A DNA stretch of 64,000 nt, taken from the NCBI RefSeq assembly GCF_006345805.1, contig NC_043005.1:310001-374000 (forward strand). The letters run 5' to 3'. Position 1 is the stretch's first letter. Each line of letters starts with the position of its first letter. This stretch comes from Octopus sinensis. Lineage: Eukaryota. This document shows, in pieces, positions 36,856-46,590 of this stretch. The notes under the pieces are model-generated. The model had not been told where the DNA came from, searched no databases, and saw only the letters and a list, made by a program, of their open reading frames with translations. The position numbers were made by a program, and so were the translations under genes.

Positions 36856-37973
36856 GAATTTTCCTGCTTAGGGAGAAGTTTTTGACTGGAGGTGTGGTTG
36901 CACTGTTGAATGGGGTTGTAGTTTCCACTTTTGTTGTTGTTGTTTTTGTGTCTTCCTGAAAAGACTGGACCAGCATTACTGCAGCATGGTGTGTTTCTAT
37001 TTTTATTTTTATTCAGGTTTGTGTGTTGGCTTGAAGCCCCGTTTCTGTTTGTGCGTCGGGTCCCTGGAAGATGAGTGAAGGGACAGTCACTCAGCAGACA
37101 TGTTCTCTCACGTTGGGAATACCGGCAGATTTTGGGACTACGAGTCGTGTGTGTTTTGAATTTCGATTTACTATTTGGTGGTGTTGATGTTATTGTGGGA
37201 TGCGTGCTTTGGCCTTGGCCGGTAGTGCGTCTAGTGCCGGGTAGATGCGTGAAGATGCAGTCACTATTTGTGCAGAGTCTCTGGCGCAGTGAATAGCGGC
37301 ATATTTTGGGGTTTCTTGTTTGTGCCGTGGGGGGCGCATTCTGCTTCCTATGTTTCTTTATGTTTTTGTTACTGCAGTAGTATTGAGGTGGTGATGTGGG
37401 GGAAGAGGGCAGTGGTTTCTTATTTGTTTTTTTGTTGGTATTTTTGGTGATAGAAGACGATGGTGGCAGCGGTGGTGATGATGATGATGATAATTGTGGT
37501 GGTTGCCGTGAGAGCGGTGAAAAGATACTGGCATTTAGTGAATCATCTAGTATGCTAGAGTTGAAGAGTGGCTGTTGTTGTTCTTGTTGCTGTGGCTGTT
37601 GTTGTTGTTGTTGTGCTTGACCGATGTTAGGGTCAGCCATTGTGCTGGGAACCAGGAGTGGTTCATTCTGTTGTTGTTGTTGTTGTTGTGGCTGCTGATT
37701 TTCTAGCTGTTGCTGTTCTTGAACAGTGAAAATATAAAGAAGCTTTTCAAAATGGCCTTTTGTCAGTTTGAAAGATACTTCGATATGTTTCAGCTTGCTA
37801 CGAATCTGTTTGACGGATCGTGTGTTGACCACTTGTGATGTTTTTTCGGCAATCTCATTCAAACACAAAACATTAAAATTTTCTGTTTGGGAAAGAGAGA
37901 ACCATGTGTTTATTAAAACATCAATTTCATTATCAGACCAATTTCGTCTGTTGCAGGCCTGCAAGCTAGTCAT
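36741..37973 (-). CDS. LINE B ORF1 (410 aa): Myb/SANT-like N-terminus, poly-Q/Ser linker, two CCCH zinc fingers
   Basis: ATG at 37973; WSDNEIDVLINTW...RSVKQIRSKLK; two C-x8-C-x4-C-x3-H fingers within duplicated PKICRYS...FTHLPGTRRT units. Confidence 0.85.
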   Translation of the reverse strand: MTSLQACNRRNWSDNEIDVLINTWFSLSQTENFNVLCLNEIAEKTSQVVNTRSVKQIRSKLKHIEVSFKLTKGHFEKLLYIFTVQEQQQLENQQPQQQQQQQNEPLLVPSTMADPNIGQAQQQQQQPQQQEQQQPLFNSSILDDSLNASIFSPLSRQPPQLSSSSSPPLPPSSSITKNTNKKTNKKPLPSSPTSPPQYYCSNKNIKKHRKQNAPPTAQTRNPKICRYSLRQRLCTNSDCIFTHLPGTRRTTGQGQSTHPTITSTPPNSKSKFKTHTTRSPKICRYSQRERTCLLSDCPFTHLPGTRRTNRNGASSQHTNLNKNKNRNTPCCSNAGPVFSGRHKNNNNKSGNYNPIQQCNHTSSQKLLPKQENSFLAMLNMAKEIHKNILAITQHHPMLLPQCTNSPHCCH

Positions 37974-38320
37974 GTTTGTTTTTCTTTTGATTTTTGATAT
38001 ATATATATATATTCTTTCTTGGGAGTAAAAGAAGTGTATCAATATATAAATGTTCTCTCTTAAGGGTGTGAGTTATTGATTATTTGGTTGTTTGAGGATA
38101 TTAAAAGAAAAACAAGTGTATATAACAATTTGTAGTTAAATAAAAACGTACTTACGGGTTTGTAGGCAAACACGTGATTACAAATATATATATATTTAAG
38201 GTCAGTTAAGTTTTGAAGCTGTGTAGCTTGCTACTGACTTGGGAGAGAAACAAATAGACGTCCATCCAGTTCAACAGAGGCACTACATATATATGTATAT
38301 ATATATATATATGTATATAT

Positions 38321-39022
38321 AAAAACTTAGATAAAACTTAGATATGTTTCGACCAGAGATTGGTCCAGGCCATGTCTAACTTAATAGCACCACCTGATAG
38401 GATTATTCGAATCCTGTTTAAGTCAAGTTTTGTTCAAGTAGTGAGTTCTTGTTGGGTGAGTTGTATCCAATTATGGGTGGCTTATCTGGTATTCTTTGAA
38501 GGAATCTATCCAGACTCTGTTTGAAGTTGATGGGATCCTTTTCCTCTTTGATCTCCCTCGGGACAATGTTAAATAGGGCAGGGCCTGTTGAGAAAAAGAA
38601 ATTATGTTGCAATGTACATGTATGTTGTGATCTTGAGTTTGGCAGGGGACGTATAGCCCGTGGTCCAAGTCTTGGATGAACCTTGAAGCTAATGTTTAGG
38701 TCGTTTGGGCAAAGTTGGCGGTATATTTTCCACATCGTACAATGATGTACCGCTCACGGCGTCGCTGGAGGGAGTAAAGTTTCAAGGCTTTAAGGCGATC
38801 CCAATAATCGAGAGCAGCCATGCCTTCAATTTGGTTAGTGAGAGCCCTCTCGGGTGACTCAATTCTGGAGATGTTTTGTCTTGTGTGAGGAGACCACAGT
38901 GGGCAGCAGTATTCAAGGTGTGGCCGTACAAAGGAGGAAAAAAGTGGTATGATGACACCTTGTTCTCTCGACCGGAAAGTTCTTAAGATCCAGGAACTCA
39001 TCCTACGGGATATATCGACCTT
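38321..39022 (-). mobile_element. 5'-truncated LINE, family D
   Basis: Nearly identical to the 3' part of 60961-64000; flanked by (TA)n on both sides. Confidence 0.92.
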
Positions 39023-39028
39023 ATATAC

Positions 39029-39120
<92 letters not shown>

Positions 39121-39355
39121 CCGGGGGGGAGTGTTTGTCTATCTGTCTCTGTTTATCTCCACCTCTCATCGATTGATAACTGAAGCTGATGTGTTTACAT
39201 CCCTGTCACGTAGCGGTTCGCCAAAAGAATCTGCTGGAATAAGTACTATGCTTACCAAGAATAAGTCTTGGCGTCGATTTGTTCGCCTATGTGCGGTGCC
39301 TCAGCATGGCCGTAGTCAAGTTACTGAGAAAAGTAAAAGAATAAAAGAATATATT

Positions 39356-39434
<79 letters not shown>

Positions 39435-42400
39435 TTGTATTTCTGTCTCTGTTTTGTCCCCCACCTTCACTTCAGAACCGGTGTTGGTGTTTCTACTTCC
39501 CCGTAAATTAGCGGTTCGGCTAAACAGATCGAGAGAATAAGAACAAGGCCTACAGAGAATAAGTTCTGGCTTCTATTTCTTCGTCTAAAAGCAGTGCTCC
39601 TGCATGGCCGCAGTCCGTGATTGTAATAACTGAAACACATAAAAGATTACACACACATACACACACACACACACACACAATGGCGTCATTGTTACTGAAA
39701 TCTTTTTATTGATAAACAGGTAAGGAATGTGTGCATACACCCACCCACATGCAATGGCTTCGTTGTTACGGAGATCTTTATATTGATAAATCTTAAGATC
39801 TCGTTGCATTTGCAAACAGTATAGCTTTCCCTAAGCAGGAAGGCTAAACTCTAGAGCTTGACGTTCTGATTGGACCAAGTGGTGTCCTGGTTGTGCATCA
39901 AGCATCAGGTTTAACTTTTATTCATGCTTTATTATTTTTGTTTGTTTGTTACTTTGGTCTACGTGTTTTTCAAATCTGGGCTTCGTTTCCGGCCTAGGGT
40001 TATACAATTTCTGCATATTTTCTTTATGTAACTTTAATGCTTTTATTCTTTCCTTTTTTCTTTTTTCTTTTTCGTTTTGCTCTCTTCTGTTTTCTATTTT
40101 TTCTTTTTAAGTCTCTTATTCTCTTTGTATTTTGTTTTTTAGTTTTTTTTGTTTTTACCTGACACACACTTAACCGGTTGAATGGAACTTCTCACAGCAT
40201 CTTCCGTTTCACTTTCCGTACCAACTTTCATTCCTGCATTTTATACTATTTCCAGATTAACGTTCTGCTAGAAAACAAAGACGAATTCTCAGAAATTCAT
40301 TGTCTTCAGCTCCCTATCTTCTCAGATTCTCACACATAAACTGCACTGAACTTTATATATTTTTCATTGGCTTTCGTAATTTTATTCACAGTTCTTATTC
40401 ACTTGAAACCTCTTATGATTCTACCAATAAATATTTATGAAAACACCTTTTTCGTAACGGATGGTTGCGGTCAGCTAAATGTCGTAATCTCTCCGTTTTG
40501 TAATCAAATAGAGGAGATTCAATTCAAGGGAGACATGTTTTAGTTTCAAATATTTTTGACTTGCAAATTGTTGCATGGAATCCCTTCTCGATGACGCGTA
40601 CCCTAAAACGCATGGATTAAATCAACTCTTCCGTCTTCTTCACTAAGCCTTTCACATAACTAAATCTTTCTTGGTGGAATTTGAATATTTAAACTGAATA
40701 TAGGAATAGATATTCATATGAGACGCTTGATAGCTTTCCTCTTTGTAGACAGCGTTGTATAATTAACGAGCGGAGAATAACTCGGACAATACTCCATTCC
40801 GTGTGTCCTCCTCTCGTAATAGAAGCGTCGGGTGGCTGTCATGATACACAGATAGTCTTGGACATTCAAACCATGCTGGTTCTCGTGTTTCGCGAGCTCT
40901 GACAGAAACAGAATCCTTGCAGTGAGGAAGAAAAGGAGGCAGAGAGATGAGAATCGGCACAAAGAAGGGAATTAGTAATTTATCGATAATGAAACAGCGA
41001 AAGGCATAAGTGGCCTGAGAGATGAGATTCGGACAAAATGTAGAGAAAGGAAAGACTACACAAGAAATTCTGTTGCATGCCAATCCGATGCCAATGTTTG
41101 CTAATAGTAATGGTGCAGTGGAACATAACATATATAGCAGGGTCACTAGCATAGCTGGCGTAGGGCGGTAGGTGTGGTCCGCCAGGGTGGCACTTTTAAA
41201 GGGGTCTGGATGCGGCAAACGTAGGGGCCACCCCGGGCGGCACACATTCTAGTTCCGTTAGTGAGCACGGTGTATACATTTCATTTATATAATAGTAATG
41301 GAAGCACTTTAGTGTAGAAAGTAATCCGTGCTCCGTGTGGCAGAACTGATCCTAATAAAGCGGTAATTACGAAAGATCTGTATTTCTAGGAACAATGGAG
41401 GCAGTTCTGAGAATCTGGCTCCGAAATATCGTTTGCCGTGTGTTGGGAGAAACTGTTGGAAAGTTTCGACTCACTCGCATAGGAAATAATTTATGTGAGA
41501 GAAGCGCAACTATTTGTATAGACATAAAAATCAATAATAATTTATAAGCTAGGCAAAGAATGCCTACAGAAATAAACACACATGGGGAGCGCCCTGTATT
41601 GAGCCTCTTTATGTTGAAGCATCTGCAGACGTATGACAAGTGGTGAAACATCATTTCACTATGGCAATATGAAATGGAAATATTTACCGACCTCCTACAC
41701 ACACAGAAGTAAGACTCATGCTCTCAGGAACGACTCATTGCAAACAAACACAGGTGGAGTCACCTGCTCTACCTCACCAATGCACTAGTTATGGAAAAAG
41801 TTGTACTCAGACCAACTAGGGAGAATAACATTTTGGAGCTCTGCTTCACAATCAATATAGACATCATTCATGATGTGAAAGTAACGCCGACATTAGTCTC
41901 GGATCACAACATAATAGAGCTTTCTATGTTTGGGCCGAAAGTAGCCAGAGGCATACAGCCAAAAGGAAGCACCCTAAATCTCTCCAATCGGAACTTCCAC
42001 AAAGTAGACTGGAAACCGATCCAAAAAGAGATCCGCAGACAGGACTGTCCGAAATATCTCTCCACACCAGACATTGGCATGAAACTAGAATATTTCATGT
42101 CTGTTATGCAAGCCATATGCCAGAAATATGTTCCAGAGCACAAGGCCACAACAAATTGGAACAAGATTCCAAAGGAGAGGAAGATTCTCATGATATGACG
42201 GACGAAGGTTGCAAATCGCCTCAACCAAAAAGTAGTGAAAGGTCCCGCCTAAAAACAACACTGATGTAGATTGGATAAAGATTGCAACAATTTTGAGAGG
42301 GAGAGAGTAGACAAAGAAGCCTGGGTTAGTAAAAACATTAGTAAAAACAGAGCTTTCTTGCAAATGGCAGACTGCCAAGCAAGCTGAAGGAGGGAATAAT

Positions 42401-43893
42401 ATGCCCAATCAATAAAGGAAGCAGAGCAGATGCCAAAACCATAGGCATATCTCTCTGACTTCACACATCAGCAAAGTCAAGGAACAGATCGTCAGAGGGA
42501 AACCAATTGCATACCTTGAAGAAAATAATTTGTTGAGTGATACCCAGCATGACTTTCGAACAGGTAGGAGCTGCCTGACCCAGCTCTTACAACATTATGA
42601 CTTGGTGTTGAGGCAGTTACTCAACAACTCAAATGTGGACGTAACATACCTTGATTTCGCAAAAGCTGTTGATTAGGGTATGATATGCCACAAACTGCGA
42701 TTTCTCGGCGTAGCAGGAAAACTTGTTGTGTGGTTACATGACTTTCTGAAAGATAGAAGTCAGGAAGTAGTGGCCAATGGTGCCACCTCAACGAAAACAC
42801 AAATAGTGAGCGGTGTTCCACAGGGCACTGTCTTGGCACCGCTGCTTTTCATAGTGGCCCTCTTAGATATGCCCTCAACTGCCCGGATAGCTACCCTTGC
42901 AAGGTACGCAGACGATACGAATGTCTCGTAGAAAATACAGAAGCCCAGCAATGTTGCACACCTGCAGCAGGAGATGACCTCAATTTACAGATGGGCTGAG
43001 GATAATAATATGCAGTTAAATGCTGAAAAATTCCAAGCCCTGCGCCACCAGCATCCAAAACTGAATATGAAACTTACAGGGTACACTGGTCCACAGGGAA
43101 TTTTAATCCCAGAGCCTAAGTCAATGAAGGACCTGGGTATCGACATGCGTGATGATACCGCTTTTCAAGTGCACATTACCAGGATGGTGACAAAGTGCAG
43201 ACAACTGACTCGATGGATCCTGAGAATATTCAGAACGAGCGAGTAGGAAACCACGATGGTCCTCTGGAGGACATTCTTCTCCAGCTGCATGGATTCCTGC
43301 TTCCAGCTATGGTCACCCAACAGTGTAAAATTAACAGCGGACCTTGAAGCAATCCAGCGAAGCTTCACAAAGAAGATCGTCTCATTGCAACAGCTCAGCT
43401 AATTGGAAAGGCTACAACAGCTAAGACTCTACTCCCTGAAGCTAAGGCGGGAGAGGTATTCAGTAATATATACATCTGGAAGATCCTGGAAGGAATTGTG
43501 CCAAATTTTGGCATTGGAAGCTACATCAATGCAAGGAACGGGTCGACACCGCACACTGCCAAATATCCCAGCAATGCCATCGAGCTTCAGGACCAGTTAC
43601 TGCAACAACCTGTGTTTCGGGGGCCCACATCTTGTTTAATATTCTCCCAAAGAACCTGAGGAATCTGCACAAAGTAAATGTAGGCGTTTTTCAATCAAAG
43701 CTGGACGTCTTCCTGTCGAGAGTCCCAAATGAACGTACCTCAAGGCAAGAGGTGCAAATAAGGGTAGCTATATCAAACTCCATTCTAAACCAAGTGGCAT
43801 ATATTAGAGGAGGATCTCAGTAATCAGTGTAGCAAAACAGCGGTGCTCCAACATGGCCACAGCAATGAGCTGAAATTATAAAAATGTATGTAC

Positions 43894-43935
<42 letters not shown>

Positions 43936-44273
43936 AAAGCGCATGGCTCAGTGGTTAGAGCGTCGAGCTTACGATCGTGAGGTTGTGAGCTCGAATCCCG
44001 TACCGGGCTGCGTGTTGTGTTCTTGAGCAAGGCACTTTATTTCACGTTGCTCCAGTTCACTCAGCTGTAGAAATGAGTTGCGACGTCACTGGTGCCAAGC
44101 TGTATCGACCTTTGTCTTTCCCTTGGATAACATTGGTGGCGTGGAGAGGGGAGGCTGGTATGCATGGGCGACTGCTGGTCTTCCGTAAACAACCTTGCCC
44201 GGACTTGTGTCTAGGAGGGCAACAGTCTAGGTGCAATCCCATGGTCATTCATGAACGAAGGGGGTCTTTACCC

Positions 44274-44278
<5 letters not shown>
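39121..44278 (+). repeat. Tandem macro-repeat unit, copy 2 (internal deletion near 42345)
   Basis: Co-linear with copy 1, but lacks the segment homologous to about 30030-30408. Confidence 0.95.
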
Positions 44279-44321
<43 letters not shown>

Positions 44322-44799
44322 AGTTTAATCCAAACGAGAAAACCGAAAAAGACAACAACACAAAGAGGTGGAACAATTAAAGTTATATATATATATATAT
44401 ATGTATATACATACATACATACATATATATATGTATATATATATATACATATGTGATAAAAAAAACAAGACGGTTTGCATGATTCGACGAATTAATAGGC
44501 GAAAACTCATAAAAAACGTAGAAATTGTTACCTTATAGACGTGTACTTGGATATTTTGGTTAAAAACCGCAATATATTCTGCTACAAGTCAAGTTTGTAC
44601 ACTTGAGTTCAACAACGCACGCCAGATTTTCCTCTTTCGAAATTAGCACGTGGTGAAATCTTCAAAATTTATTTCCAGTCAACTCTAACAGCAAAAAAGA
44701 ACCGTTTTTCTTTTCTTCATTGAAAAACCTCTTCGTATACCTTCTATAAGATAAGTACCCTTATTACATTAATTAATTTACCCGTAAATAAACGTAAGG

Positions 44800-45144
44800 T
44801 CTGTTTACATTCTGTAAAAATCAATCTATCGTTAATATACATATATATATATCGTCAATTCTATCGTTAATATATACATATATATATATCGTTTATTTCT
44901 ATCGTTAATTCTGTAATTCTATCGTAATAATCTATCGTTAATAAATATATATATATATATCGTAAATTCTATCGTTGATTCTGTAATTCTATCGTAGTAA
45001 TCTATCGTTAATATATATATATATATATATCGTTAATTCTATCGTTAATTCTGTAATTCTATCGTAATAATCTATCGTTAATATACATATATATATCGTT
45101 TATTTCTATCGTTAATTCTGTAATTCTATCGTAATAATCTATCG

Positions 45145-45188
<44 letters not shown>

Positions 45189-45361
45189 GTAAATTCTATC
45201 GTTGATTCTGTAATTCTATCGTAATAATCTATCGTTAATATATATATATATATATATATCGTTAATTCTATCGTTAATTCTGTAATTCTATCGTAGTAAT
45301 CTATCGTTAATATATATATATATATCGTTAATTCTCTCGTTAATTCTGTTTACATTCTGTT
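44800..45361 (+). repeat. Minisatellite in the LINE C leader
   Basis: Six full units containing CTGTAATTCTATCGTA plus a variable (TA)n, bounded by TCTGTTTACATTCTGT direct repeats. Confidence 0.9.
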
Positions 45362-45699
45362 AATTCCTTCTCTCTCTGTCTCTTCAGTTCTCTCCCTCAC
45401 GCCTCTCCTTGTCTCTTCATTACTCTCTTCTTTCTTACTCTCCTCTTTCAGCTCTCAATCTCTCCTCTCTTCTTTCAGCTCTCAATCTCTCTTTAAGTAC
45501 AGAGACGCTTTCTCTCTCTCCCTTCAGCTCTCAGTCTCTCCTCTTCCTCTTCTCTCTTACTCTCTTCTTTCGGCTCCCAATCTCTCCTTAAGTACATAGA
45601 CGCTCTCTTTCTCTATTTCTTCCCTACACCCTATTGCACTATTAGATCAATATAAATTAATATAATCAGATAGATAGATAGATAGATAAAATATCAAGA

Positions 45700-46590
45700 A
45701 TGTCCAGGACTTGGAAAAGTGACGAACTGGCTTTGTTCCTGAGAGGATGGCAATGCACTGACGGAGAAAATCCAAATAACATAATCACGGCTGCGCTGAA
45801 GAGCAGCGGATACAAAAGGACGTCAGCACAAATAGAGCGAAAGAAGCAAGAATTTATACGCTCCTACGCACTTGTCAGATCGCACATTAACACGCTGGAT
45901 GCCATCTTCGACAGCGAAAAACGCGAACAAAGTAAAGATGGCAAGGATGGAGACGCGGGCGCTGATGAAAAAGGTCACCCCCACCTGGTAGACGCCCAGG
46001 AAGAAAACTCCAGTGAGAAACCTGCCCGGGAGGTAAACCCAAGTGCGGGTGCTCCTACCGGCACCAAAAGCTATGGACATGGAGATGAAAGAACCAAAAA
46101 AGGAGGAAAAACTAAAACTAAAAATCAGGCAAAACCAAAAAACGAAACAGCCAAGGATAGAAGCAAACCTAACTATCCGTATGCCAAAAAGGATGGAAAC
46201 AAGCAGCGCACAAGGGTATGTAGGTTCTACCTGAGAGGTGCCTGCCGGCATGGAGAGGATGGTGCAGGCTGCCGTTTTGCTCATCCGGGACCCTGCCGCA
46301 GAAACCAACCACCGAAAGGAAAAGGGATGGACCACGCACCACCTGCCCCAAAACGGAGGTACGCAGATGTGGTGCGGGCCACAGACCGCCAACCTGTTGT
46401 TGAAAGGGCAGCTGCTGAACAAGAATCTTTTTTGTGCATGGCACAAAAGATTGTACAGCAGCTAACCTGGCTCAATCAAACTCAAGCTCACAGATGGAAC
46501 TACCCACAGTTCACAAGACCGCCACAGCAGATGGACCCAGGGTGGACACCACCGGCAACACCATACACCTCACCTCGATGCTCCTACTGA
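45700..46590 (+). CDS. LINE C ORF1 (296 aa): Myb/SANT-like N-terminus and CCCH zinc finger
   Basis: TWKSDELALFLRGW...GYKRTSAQIERKKQEF; VCRFYLRGACRHGEDGAGCRFAH (C-x7-C-x8-C-x3-H). Confidence 0.85.
   Translation: MSRTWKSDELALFLRGWQCTDGENPNNIITAALKSSGYKRTSAQIERKKQEFIRSYALVRSHINTLDAIFDSEKREQSKDGKDGDAGADEKGHPHLVDAQEENSSEKPAREVNPSAGAPTGTKSYGHGDERTKKGGKTKTKNQAKPKNETAKDRSKPNYPYAKKDGNKQRTRVCRFYLRGACRHGEDGAGCRFAHPGPCRRNQPPKGKGMDHAPPAPKRRYADVVRATDRQPVVERAAAEQESFLCMAQKIVQQLTWLNQTQAHRWNYPQFTRPPQQMDPGWTPPATPYTSPRCSY

Larger units (their letters stand above)
33644..38286 (-). mobile_element. Full-length APE-RT LINE, family B (CR1/L2 group)
   Basis: 5' UTR, ORF1, overlapping ORF2, 3' stem-loops and (ATCAAAGT)n tail; flanked by (TA)n. 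Confidence 0.93.
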
